Below, one piece after another: positions 1-7,149 of a stretch of DNA of 32,000 nucleotides. The DNA comes from Opitutia bacterium KCR 482 (GTDB lineage Bacteria > Verrucomicrobiota > Verrucomicrobiia > Opitutales > Intestinicryptomonadaceae): NCBI GenBank assembly GCA_029269845.2, contig CP149973.1, positions 2,220,001 through 2,252,000 on the forward strand, in the 5' to 3' direction. Below the pieces are notes generated by a model, which made no database searches, was not told where the DNA came from, and saw only the letters and a program-made list of their open reading frames with translations. The translations under genes were made by a program, and so were the position numbers. The number at the start of each line of letters is the position of its first letter. The stretch's first letter is position 1.

Positions 1-151
1 ATACACCACGCATAATCAAAATAGCCCTACAACGCGAAATACGCCAATTCGCAATGCAAGTATAAAACACAAAAGCGGCGTTGCGCGAAAAAAGTAAAAA
101 AAATCATTGACGCGGGGAAAAATTGCGACAGTGTTGTTTGAATACTTTTTT

Positions 152-227
152 GGGGATGTAGCTCAGTTGGAAGAGCACCACAATGGCATTGTGGGGGTCG
201 TCGGTTCGAACCCGATCATCTCCACCA
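152..227 (+). tRNA. tRNA-Ala (anticodon GGC)
   Basis: 76-nt cloverleaf GGGGATGTAGCTCAGTTGG...GGTTCGAACCC...TCCACCA. Anticodon loop AT-GGC-AT. G3:U70 alanine identity pair. CCA is encoded. Confidence 0.95.
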
Positions 228-251
228 AAAAGGCGCGACAGAATAAATTTC

Positions 252-322
252 TCCCTGGTGGTGTAATGGTAGCACAGGTGATTTTGGTTCATCTAGTCGG
301 AGTTCGAATCTCTGCCGGGGAA
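252..322 (+). tRNA. tRNA-Gln (anticodon TTG)
   Basis: Acceptor TCCCTGG/CCGGGGA with the U1:A72 pair typical of bacterial tRNA-Gln. Anticodon stem GGTGA/TCATC with loop TT-TTG-GT. T-loop GTTCGAATC. No encoded CCA. Confidence 0.9.
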
Positions 323-384
323 CGTCGGCGGAAAAGGGAATACAGGCCGATTGAAATTTAAGATGTCCAAATAAAAACCCTTTC

Positions 385-468
385 GCTCGAGTGGTGAAAT
401 TGGTAGACACGCATGATTCAGGTTCATGTGACTTCACTGTCATGGGGGTTCGAGTCCCCCCTCGAGCA
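385..468 (+). tRNA. tRNA-Leu (anticodon CAG), long variable arm
   Basis: Acceptor GCTCGAG/CTCGAGC plus discriminator A. Anticodon stem CATGA/TCATG with loop TT-CAG-GT. Long extra arm (84 nt total). T-loop GGTTCGAGTCC. Confidence 0.9.
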
Positions 469-476
469 TTACTTTA

Positions 477-512
477 AAGCCTGCAATCCACCAAGCCTTG
501 CGGGCTTTTTTG
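477..512 (+). terminator. Rho-independent terminator of the tRNA Ala-Gln-Leu cluster
   Basis: Stem AAAGCCTGC/GCGGGCTTT (or inner AAGCC/GGCTT) followed by TTTTTTG, directly after tRNA-Leu. Confidence 0.6.
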
Positions 513-1010
513 TCGGCATTTTAGAAGTTGGGTCAACACCAAAGAGAGTGGATTTCAATGAAAGACGCCGCATAGAACCAAGACCCTCAATCTGTAATTT
601 TGGAAGTTTCGATAACCGTAAGCCATTCGTTGTATTAGTTTCATTTTCCTGTGGAAGCCCTCGGTTATTCCGTTGTTTTTTGTAAATCTCCACATTCGGA
701 TTATCGGCGCAAACCAGTCGCTTATGGTTTCTGCTATCCTCTCAAACTCTTGTGTCGCTTCGTATTTCATCTGTTTCATCATTGTTTTCAGTTCTCTTAT
801 ATTTCTCTTACATTCCTTTGCCGTTTGATGTTTCCTGTTCAGCAGCTCGCACAATCTTTCCTTAAACTCGTAAGCCAGCTTTATCGCGGGATTGTCCTCA
901 AAAAACTTTTCCAACCGCTCAAGCTCTTCGGAGTTCAACCTATCTCCTCGTTTTCGCAATGGGTATGTCAACTTTCTATTCCATTTTACTTCCTCCTGTG
1001 CAGCTTTGCA

Positions 1011-1092
1011 ATTCAAGCGAAGCGCGAATGAGATTTTGCCGCAGGCCAGAGACCCGAAGGGCGAGACGGTTTGCGCATGCAAACGCGAGTCA
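1011..1092 (+). repeat. Mini-insertion B (82 nt), hairpin-rich, inside the transposase
   Basis: It separates ...LYHFMEF from CKAAQEEVKWNRK..., which are contiguous in ISL3 transposases. Length is 3n+1. It contains GCGAAGC (1017-1023), ACCCGAAGGGCGAGA (1052-1066) and the hairpin TTTGC-GCAT-GCAAA. Boundaries are ambiguous by about 2 nt. Confidence 0.6.
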
Positions 1093-1353
1093 AAACTCCA
1101 TAAAGTGATACAGCACCAATCTTATAACGTGGAACCTGTCCGCCACTATTTTTGCTTTCGGAAAACACCGCCTTACTATGCTTCGGTAGCTGCTGCTTAA
1201 ATCCATGCACACTACTTTTACTTTATCCCGACCTTTGTAGCTCATTAACTTACTTTCCACCAAGTTGCGAGATTTCCCCTCTATCACATCGTATACCCTA
1301 TGATGCGTTAAATCCGCTATCGTTGTCGCAAACTTGTAGCCTTTATGTATCGT

Positions 1354-1462
1354 ATGTTGCACTCGCTCGCTTGGTTTTGCTTCGCAAAATCCGCGCTGTT
1401 CTCGCCCTTCGGGTAAAACACTTCGTGTTTTATGCTTCCCAAAAGCTTGCTTCGCAACTTTT
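1354..1462 (-). repeat. Mini-insertion A (109 nt), hairpin-rich, inside the transposase, opposite orientation to B
   Basis: It separates IGIDEH from TIHKGYKFATT. Length is 3n+1. Read on the minus strand it has four hairpins: TTGC-GAA-GCAA, AAAACAC-GAA-GTGTTTT, CCC-GAA-GGG and TTTTGC-GAA-GCAAAA. It shares the 15-mer ACCCGAAGGGCGAGA (plus-strand 1400-1414 as reverse complement) with insertion B. Confidence 0.6.
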
Positions 1463-2023
1463 GTGTTCATCAATGCCGATGATTGACGGGCATTCGTAGC
1501 TTAGTTGCTCCTTGACCTTTAGTTCAAAGCGTTCGTGGATTACCCGCTCCACTGTGCTTTGCGATATCCCCAACCTTTTCGATATCTTCTTGTTTGTCGC
1601 CCCATCGAGGTATTTACTGATGATTTCGTCTTTGGCACTCTCCGATATTCGCTTATTGCTCTTCAACCCACGTATCGGCTCTCGATAAATTCTTCCGCAT
1701 TTCGGACACCGGTATCGACGCGCCTTTATGACTGCATCGTATATCCGCCCGTCTATCGACGCTACTTTCGCCTTCCTGTAATAATGGTCGTAAAATACAA
1801 CCTTCTTATGCCCGCAACCGCGACAAGACGGTATGCCGTCTTGTTTGTATTCCAACCTCGCAAAAAAGTCTCGACCTTTCCGCCAACTTCGTATTACTCT
1901 ATAAAAACTAAACAACATCAGAGGCATTGTAGGACTTCCGTCCTCTTTGCCTCCCTTTTTTTCTTCTTCTACCCTCATCCCACTATCTTTGACGATGAGC
2001 GGAAAAGCCTGTTCTGACTCCCA

Positions 2024-2055
2024 CAAAAAAACTTCCAAGCCAAAGACTTGGAAGT
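2024..2055 (-). terminator. Rho-independent terminator of tRNA-Val
   Basis: On the minus strand, 9 nt after the tRNA 3' end: ACTTCCAAG-TCTTTGG-CTTGGAAGT (9-bp perfect stem) followed by TTTTTTT. Confidence 0.75.
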
Positions 2056-2064
2056 TGTTCTAAA

Positions 2065-2141
2065 TGGTGGGAGTAGCAGAACTCGAATCTGCGACCCCTT
2101 GCGTGTCATGCAAGTGCTCTAACCAACTGAGCTATACCCCC
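2065..2141 (-). tRNA. tRNA-Val (anticodon GAC)
   Basis: The reverse complement reads GGGGGTATAGCTCAGTTGGTTAGAGCACTTGCATGACACGCAAGGGGTCGCAGATTCGAGTTCTGCTACTCCCACCA. Anticodon stem CTTGC/GCAAG with loop AT-GAC-AC. CCA is encoded. Confidence 0.95.
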
Positions 2142-2234
2142 GTTAATTAATAAGGTTTGCATTGAACCCGCTTTTTTATGTTTTGCAAGCTTTTTTTTCG
2201 TTTTTTTATTGTCGCCTCATGTCGTTCGCGCGGC

Positions 2235-2263
2235 TTGACAAATTTTCCGCCTTTCGCCAAAAT
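2235..2263 (+). promoter_or_regulatory. Candidate sigma70-type promoter for the AraC-family gene
   Basis: TTGACA (2235-2240), 17-nt spacer, CAAAAT (2258-2263), 20 nt upstream of the ATG at 2284. Confidence 0.4.
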
Positions 2264-2283
2264 CTTCGGCGATTCTTCTTACG

Positions 2284-3162
2284 ATGAGTGTTGACAAATT
2301 AAATTCGCAACTGAAAAAGTCTGTCCTCAAATATCTGTCCTCCGAGAGGTTTTTTGAGACTGACATCAAAGGCTTTTATTTACACAGAATCGACCGCTGC
2401 AACAGGTTCGAAAAGTGTTTCTACACCCCGAAAATCATTCTCATAATTCAGGGCAGCAAGCGCGCTATCACAACTTCCGGCGAAATCGCCTACCGCCAAA
2501 ATCAATGTCTCATCACGGGCATTGACATTCCCGCCACGAGTTGCGTCGCCGAGGCGTCCCCGCAAAAACCCCTCATAACGGTTTCGCTCGATTTGGACTT
2601 TAAACTGATTGCTCAGATGCTTTCCGAGATGCCTCTCGAAAAAATCAAAGGCGACACGCTTTTCGGCGGCTTTGCCGTAGCCGACGCCGACGACGGTTTG
2701 ATGGAGGCGTTTCTAAGGCTCGTGAAGATGCTTGGACGTCCCGACGAAATTCCGATTCTTGCGCCGATTATCGTTCGCGAGATATATTCGCGCATTTTGA
2801 TGAGTCCGATGGGGCGGCATGTGCGCCAGTTTTGCACGCTCGGCACTCAGAACAACCAGATTACGCGCGCGGTTGACTGGCTGAAAAGCAACTACCAGAA
2901 GCCTTTTAAAATAGAGGAGCTTGCGAAGTATGTGAACATGGCGCCGACGACTTTCCACAGGCATTTCCGAAAGGTGACGTCGGTTAGTCCGATTCAATAC
3001 CAGAAGAATCTGCGTTTGCACGAGGCGCGAAGGCTGATGATTTCGTCGAACGAGACTGTCGCGAACGCCGCGTATGCCGTAGGCTACGAGAGTCCGACGC
3101 AGTTTAGCCGCGAGTACAAGCGGCATTTCGGCGTTTCCCCCAAGCGCGACGTCGCGGTTTGA
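2284..3162 (+). CDS. AraC-family transcriptional regulator (AraC_N-type sensor domain plus C-terminal double HTH)
   Basis: 292-aa ORF. The C-terminus KPFKIEELAKYVNMAPTTFHRHFRKVTSVSPIQYQKNLRLHEARRLM...GYESPTQFSREYKRHFGVSP is the canonical AraC HTH_18. Confidence 0.9.
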   Translation: MSVDKLNSQLKKSVLKYLSSERFFETDIKGFYLHRIDRCNRFEKCFYTPKIILIIQGSKRAITTSGEIAYRQNQCLITGIDIPATSCVAEASPQKPLITVSLDLDFKLIAQMLSEMPLEKIKGDTLFGGFAVADADDGLMEAFLRLVKMLGRPDEIPILAPIIVREIYSRILMSPMGRHVRQFCTLGTQNNQITRAVDWLKSNYQKPFKIEELAKYVNMAPTTFHRHFRKVTSVSPIQYQKNLRLHEARRLMISSNETVANAAYAVGYESPTQFSREYKRHFGVSPKRDVAV

Positions 3163-3173
3163 TTAGTCGTGTT

Positions 3174-3223
3174 TAGCGCGTCGGTTCGTCGGGTTTTGTA
3201 GGCGTCGGTTCGGAGGATTTTCC
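3174..3223. repeat. Imperfect tandem 25-nt repeat in the araC 3' region
   Basis: TAGCGCGTCGGTTCGTCGGGTTTTG (3174-3198) followed by TAGGCGTCGGTTCGGAGGATTTTCC (3199-3223), about 20/25 identical. GCGTCGGTTCG is exact in both. Confidence 0.4.
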
Positions 3224-3300
3224 GTCGCGGGCGCGTATTGATAGAATGTGGCGCGGTGCGGGTTTACCGTCAGAAATTTCCGCATCGGTATTTGCGCGTT

Positions 3301-3343
3301 CCGCCGCGCGCCCTGCGGTTAGGGGCGGCGCGGCGGAGTTTTG
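3301..3343 (+). terminator. Strong GC hairpin terminator between the convergent araC-type and hydrolase genes
   Basis: CCGCCGCGCGCCC-loop-GGGGCGGCGCGGCGG (9 bp plus 4 bp with one bulge) followed by AGTTTTG. Confidence 0.6.
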
Positions 3344-3353
3344 AATGCGCGCG

Positions 3354-4433
3354 TTATTTGAGGTTTTGGCGGAAGAATTTCTCGATTTCGTCGAATGGGA
3401 TTTTCCCCGATTTGTTGTCGTAGAGGTCGGTGTGGCTTGCGCCATTTACGATGAGAAGTTTTTTGTTTTCGCCTTTCAGCTTTTTGAACGCGTCTTCGCC
3501 CATGTAGCGCGAGTGCGCGTTTTCGCCGTGGACTACCATGACTGCATTTTCGATTTCTCCCGCGAACGAAAGCAGCGGCATATTCATGAACGAAAGCACG
3601 GAGGTTTTATTCCAGCCGTCGTTTGAATTTAGCGAGCGCGGGTGGTATCCGCGCGGTGTTTTGTAGTAGTCGTAGTAGTCTTTGACAAACTGCGGCGCGT
3701 CGGGCGGAAGCGGGTCTACGACGCCGCCAGCGCGGGCGTAGAAACCGTTTTTGTAGTCGGCGGTGCGTTGGGCGGCGAGCTGTTTTCGGAGCTCGGCGCG
3801 GGCTTCTGGGCTTGTTTTGTCGAAGTATCCGAAGGTGCTAACGCGGCTCATGTCGTACATAGTTGAGGCGACAGTCGCTTTTATTCGCGGGTCGATTGCG
3901 GCGGCGTTGATTGCCATTCCTCCCCAGCCGCATATTCCGAGAATCCCGATTTTATCGGCGTCGGCTTTGCCGCAGGTCGAGAGGAAATCGACTGCGGCGC
4001 AGAAGTCTTCGGTATTGATGTCGGGCGATGCCACGTTGCGCGGCGAGCCGCCGCTTTCGCCAGTGTAAGACGGGTCGAATGCGATTGCGAGGAATCCGCG
4101 TTCGGCAAGCGTTTGCGCGTAAAGCCCGGACGACTGTTCCTTGACCGCGCCGAACGGACCGGACACCGCGATTGCTGGCAGTTTCCCCGAGGCGTTTGCG
4201 GGCTCGTACATGTCGGCTGCGAGCGTGATTCCGTAGCGGTTTACGAAGGTAATTTTAGAGTGTTTTACTTTGTCGCTTTGGGGGAAGACTTTGTCCCAAC
4301 GCTGGGTGAGTGATAATTTTTCCATTTCGAAATTTTTTGGGTTGACGTTTGCGCAGTCCGCGCCCGCCGCCGACACGGAAAGCGCGACGGCGGAGAGTAG
4401 GGCGGCGGTTTTCGAAAATGCCGAATTTTTCAT
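3354..4433 (-). CDS. Secreted alpha/beta hydrolase (dienelactone-hydrolase-like, G-x-C-x-G nucleophile elbow)
   Basis: 359-aa ORF. N-terminal signal peptide MKNSAFSKTAALLSAVALSVSAAG. The nucleophile elbow GICGWGG has Cys where Ser is usual. It starts 4 nt after the flavodoxin-like gene stop. Confidence 0.85.
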   Translation of the reverse strand: MKNSAFSKTAALLSAVALSVSAAGADCANVNPKNFEMEKLSLTQRWDKVFPQSDKVKHSKITFVNRYGITLAADMYEPANASGKLPAIAVSGPFGAVKEQSSGLYAQTLAERGFLAIAFDPSYTGESGGSPRNVASPDINTEDFCAAVDFLSTCGKADADKIGILGICGWGGMAINAAAIDPRIKATVASTMYDMSRVSTFGYFDKTSPEARAELRKQLAAQRTADYKNGFYARAGGVVDPLPPDAPQFVKDYYDYYKTPRGYHPRSLNSNDGWNKTSVLSFMNMPLLSFAGEIENAVMVVHGENAHSRYMGEDAFKKLKGENKKLLIVNGASHTDLYDNKSGKIPFDEIEKFFRQNLK

Positions 4434-4437
4434 GCGG

Positions 4438-5001
4438 CTATTTTGCGAGTTTCATGGAGTCGAGCCATTTTGCGACGGTCTTTTCTGCGCCTCTCACCGA
4501 GCCGCCGCGAACGGGCAGGGCTTCGAGGATTTTCGAATTCGGGCAGAGCGTTTTGATGTCGGAGACTGCGCGTCCCATGCGGCTTCCCTCGTGCGTCATA
4601 AACGACACGACGTTCTTGCCCGCGAGCTTCGCCTGCGTAAGGAATGTGCGGATTGGCGACGACACTGTTCCCCACCAGTTCGGCGAGCCTACGAAAACCG
4701 TCTCGTATCCGGAGAGGTCGGGGATTTTCGTTTTTACGGGGCGGCAGTATTTTGCGCCGGTCTCCTTTTTTGCGATGTCTACGGTTTGACCGTAAACTGC
4801 GGGGTAGGGCGTTTCGGGCAGGATTTCGAGCATGTCCGCGCCCGTCAGCTTTTTGATTGTTTCGGCGATTACGCGCGTGTTGCCGCTCCAGGAATAATAT
4901 ACTACGAGCATTTTGTTTCCTTTTGTTTCGGGTTTTGCCGCAAACGCGCTTGCGCCTAAAAATGCGGCGGGAAGTATTTTCAAGAATGTTTTTCTTTTCA
5001 T
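4438..5001 (-). CDS. Flavodoxin-like protein with Sec-type signal peptide
   Basis: LVVYYSWSGNTRVIAETIKKLTGADMLEI is a flavodoxin FMN-loop motif. The start is taken at MKRKTFLKILPAAFLGASAFA (5001) rather than ORF start 5058, because a TTTACG-17-TATTAT promoter and an AGGA Shine-Dalgarno precede 5001. Confidence 0.85.
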   Translation of the reverse strand: MKRKTFLKILPAAFLGASAFAAKPETKGNKMLVVYYSWSGNTRVIAETIKKLTGADMLEILPETPYPAVYGQTVDIAKKETGAKYCRPVKTKIPDLSGYETVFVGSPNWWGTVSSPIRTFLTQAKLAGKNVVSFMTHEGSRMGRAVSDIKTLCPNSKILEALPVRGGSVRGAEKTVAKWLDSMKLAK

Positions 5002-5024
5002 GGTTTTGTCCTGATTGTCCGCCG

Positions 5025-5053
5025 ATAATACCAGATTTTGCGCTCCTCGTAAA
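5025..5053 (-). promoter_or_regulatory. Candidate sigma70-type promoter of the flavodoxin-hydrolase operon
   Basis: Minus strand: TTTACG (5053-5048), 17-nt spacer, TATTAT (5030-5025). AGGA lies 9 nt before the ATG at 5001. Confidence 0.5.
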
Positions 5054-5072
5054 TACACACTACGACCTAAAA

Positions 5073-5163
5073 TCTGCCCGATTCTGCCGATTGCCGCGTT
5101 TTTGCAAAAGGTCGGATTGGGCAGAAATTCGGCGGGAACGCATATTTACAATTCCGCGTTTTT
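5073..5163. promoter_or_regulatory. Repeated motifs in the divergent promoter region (candidate AraC-type operators)
   Basis: TCTGCCCGAT (5073-5082) and TCTGCCGATT (5083-5092) lie in tandem, with an inverted copy ATTGGGCAGA (5116-5125). CCGCGTTTTT occurs twice as a direct repeat (5094-5103 and 5154-5163). Confidence 0.3.
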
Positions 5164-5198
5164 ACGATAATATGTTCGCCAAAAAGAAAGGACTCTCA

Positions 5199-6248
5199 AT
5201 GGGAAAAATATTATCGGCGGCATTGGCGCTTTATGCGCTTTTCATTTCAAATTCAACAACGGCAAAAAATATGGACAGTCTTACTGCAAACGAAAAGAAC
5301 ATTGTCCGCGCGGCGGCGTTTGCCGCCAAGGGCGACCAGACGGGCTTGAAATCCGCGCTCTCGGCGGGGCTTGATTCGGGCGTGTCGGCGGGCGAATACA
5401 AAGAGGTGCTCGTGCAGCTCTACGCGTACTGCGGATTTCCGCGCAGTCTGAACGCGCTCGGAACGCTCATGGGGCTTCTCGAAGAGCGCGGCGGAAAGGA
5501 CGCCGAGGGAAAGCGTCCGTCGCCGCCGCCCGCGGGCAAAAGCGTAGAGTTCGGCGCGGCGAACCAGACGAAGCTCGTCGGGCGCGAGGTCAAGGGAAAG
5601 CTTTTCGACTTCGCTCCCGCAATCGACGAATATCTAAAAGCCCATCTTTTTGGCGATATTTTTTCGCGCGACAACCTCGACTGGCGCACGCGTGAAATCG
5701 CGACTGTCTCCATGCTTGCGGCAATGGACGGCGTAGAACCGCAGCTTAACGCGCACATCGGCATAGCAAAAAACAACGGCGTTTCCGACGCGCAGGCGGC
5801 GGAGATTCTTTCGATAGTTTCGGACGAAGTGCGCGGCGGCGCGGCGACAAGCCCGTTCCCGTTCGGCGCGGAGAACACGGCGTACGCCAAATATTTCAGC
5901 GGGAAGTCGTACCTTGCGCGGCTTTCGAAAAATCCCGACTTGGGCGTTCCGCTCGCCAACGTGAGCTTTGCCCCGAAGTGCCGCAACAACTGGCACAGCC
6001 ACACGGGCGGGCAGATTTTGATAGCCGTCGGCGGCAGGGGCTTCTATCAGGAAAAGGGAAAGCCCGCGCGCGAACTGAAAGCAGGCGACATCGTGGAAAT
6101 CGCCCCGAATGTCGTGCACTGGCACGGGGCGGCTCCCGACAGCTGGTTCTCGCATTTGGCCATTGAATGCAAGCCCGACACAAACAAAAACACTTGGCTC
6201 GAAGCCGTCTCGGACGAAGAGTACGAACGCGCGACATCGGGCAAATAG
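5199..6248 (+). CDS. Carboxymuconolactone decarboxylase (AhpD-like) / cupin fusion protein with signal peptide
   Basis: The in-frame start at 5199 (MGKILSAALALYALFISNSTTA) is preceded by AGAAAGGA. There are two CMD-like halves (EYKEVLVQLYAYCGFPRSLNAL and TREIATVSMLAAMDG) and a C-terminal cupin (WHSHTGGQILIAVGG...VVHWHGA). The annotated ORF start 4857 overlaps the opposite-strand gene and is rejected. Confidence 0.85.
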   Translation: MGKILSAALALYALFISNSTTAKNMDSLTANEKNIVRAAAFAAKGDQTGLKSALSAGLDSGVSAGEYKEVLVQLYAYCGFPRSLNALGTLMGLLEERGGKDAEGKRPSPPPAGKSVEFGAANQTKLVGREVKGKLFDFAPAIDEYLKAHLFGDIFSRDNLDWRTREIATVSMLAAMDGVEPQLNAHIGIAKNNGVSDAQAAEILSIVSDEVRGGAATSPFPFGAENTAYAKYFSGKSYLARLSKNPDLGVPLANVSFAPKCRNNWHSHTGGQILIAVGGRGFYQEKGKPARELKAGDIVEIAPNVVHWHGAAPDSWFSHLAIECKPDTNKNTWLEAVSDEEYERATSGK

Positions 6249-6259
6249 GAGATTATGCC

Positions 6260-7111
6260 ATGGAATTTGTAAAGCTTGACAACGGTGTAGAAATTCCCGC
6301 CGAGGGCTTCGGAGTCTTCCAAGTAGACGACGCGAAGGTTTGCGAAAGGGCGGTGCTCGACGCAATTTCCGTCGGTTACCGCTCGATAGATACGGCGGCG
6401 GCGTATTTCAACGAGGAGGCGGTGGGGGCGGCTCTTAAAAAATGCGGCGTCCCGCGCGGCGAGCTTTTCATAACCACGAAACTCTGGATTCAGGACGCGG
6501 GCTACGAAAACGCGAAAAAGGCGTTCGAAACCTCCCTGCGCAAGCTCGGCTTGGACTACATCGACCTCTACCTAATCCACCAGCCGTTCGGCGACTACTA
6601 CGGATCGTGGCGGGCGATGGAGGAGCTTGCCGACGCGGGGAAAATCCGCGCAATAGGCGTCAGCAATTTCTACCCCGACAGGCTCGCCGACCTCTGCGTA
6701 AACGCGCGGATAAAACCCGCCGTCAATCAGGTCGAGCTTCATCCGTTTTTCGCGCAGAAATCCGCGCTTGAAAACATGCGCGCGTTCGGCGTTCGCCCCG
6801 AAGCTTGGGGGCCGTTGGCGGAGGGCAGGCACGGCATTTTTACGCACCCGCTACTTTCGAAAATCGGGGCGAAATACGGTAAGACGCCCGCGCAGGTCGC
6901 GCTTCGCTGGAATGTACAGCGCGGGGTTGTGGTGATTCCGAAATCGACGCGAGCGGAGCGCATGAGGGAAAATTTCGACATCTGGGATTTTGCCCTCGAT
7001 GCCTCCGACATGTCGGCAATCGACGGTCTCGACTTGGGGCATAGCGAAATCATCGACCACCACACCGCGGAGACCGCACAATGGCTCAACGGGTTCAAAA
7101 TCCACGACTGA
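6260..7111 (+). CDS. Aldo-keto reductase (DkgA/YvgN-like)
   Basis: The start MEFVKLDNGVEIP is preceded by AGGAG. The AKR tetrad context is present: IDTAAAYFNE, FITTKLW, LIHQP. Confidence 0.9.
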   Translation: MEFVKLDNGVEIPAEGFGVFQVDDAKVCERAVLDAISVGYRSIDTAAAYFNEEAVGAALKKCGVPRGELFITTKLWIQDAGYENAKKAFETSLRKLGLDYIDLYLIHQPFGDYYGSWRAMEELADAGKIRAIGVSNFYPDRLADLCVNARIKPAVNQVELHPFFAQKSALENMRAFGVRPEAWGPLAEGRHGIFTHPLLSKIGAKYGKTPAQVALRWNVQRGVVVIPKSTRAERMRENFDIWDFALDASDMSAIDGLDLGHSEIIDHHTAETAQWLNGFKIHD

Positions 7112-7119
7112 TTCCTATT

Positions 7120-7137
7120 CCGCCCGCATTCGGGCGG
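7120..7137. terminator. Hairpin between the convergent AKR and ogt genes
   Basis: CCGCCCG-CATT-CGGGCGG, a 7-bp GC stem. There is no clear U-tract on either side. Confidence 0.45.
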
Positions 7138-7149
7138 CTTGCCGCGCGT

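Larger units (their letters stand above)
555..1978 (-). pseudogene. ISL3-family transposase, broken into three reading frames
   Basis: Minus-strand ORFs 1430..2038, 1090..1473 and 555..1082 lie in three different frames. Together they carry the zinc-finger CRGCGH...CPKCG, IGIDEH, HKGYKFATT...DRFHVIRLV and NNGITEGFHRKMKLIQRMAYGYRNFQNYRLRVL motifs. Deleting 1354-1462 and 1011-1092 rejoins all three in frame. The true start is probably M at 1978 or 1927, not 2038, because 2038 lies inside the tRNA-Val terminator hairpin. Confidence 0.85.
533..1998 (-). mobile_element. ISL3-family insertion sequence, decayed (boundaries approximate)
   Basis: Imperfect inverted repeats TCAACACCAAAGAGAGTGG (533-551) and the reverse complement of 1980-1998 (15/19 match) bracket the transposase fragments. 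Size minus the two mini-inserts is about 1.27 kb, typical of ISL3. No target-site duplication could be recognised. Confidence 0.6.

Noticed and set aside
107-146. TTGACG at 107-112 as the -35 of a tRNA-cluster promoter
   Set aside because: There is no acceptable -10 hexamer at 16-18-nt spacing (AGTGTT at best). The true promoter may lie differently or upstream of the window.
3653-3680. Tandem GTAGTAGTC x2 microrepeat
   Set aside because: It lies inside the hydrolase CDS and simply encodes the YYDYY peptide on the minus strand. It is too short to be a functional repeat.
4857-5198. N-terminal 114-aa extension of the CMD-cupin ORF. There are similar long extensions on ORFs 6167, 13771..14670, 14316..15488, 15561..16364, 19996..21498 and 8989.
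   Set aside because: The extensions overlap well-supported genes or promoters and have junk composition. Internal starts with a Shine-Dalgarno, or with homology-consistent N-termini, explain the data better.
7120-7137. The 14-mer GCCCGCATTCGGGC is shared between the hairpins at 7122-7135 and 15473-15486, suggesting a REP-like repeat
   Set aside because: There are only two copies. Both are plausibly ordinary terminator hairpins between or after genes. A 14-mer GC-rich palindromic match in 32 kb of GC-rich DNA is within chance expectation. It is worth a genome-wide count but not supportable from this window.
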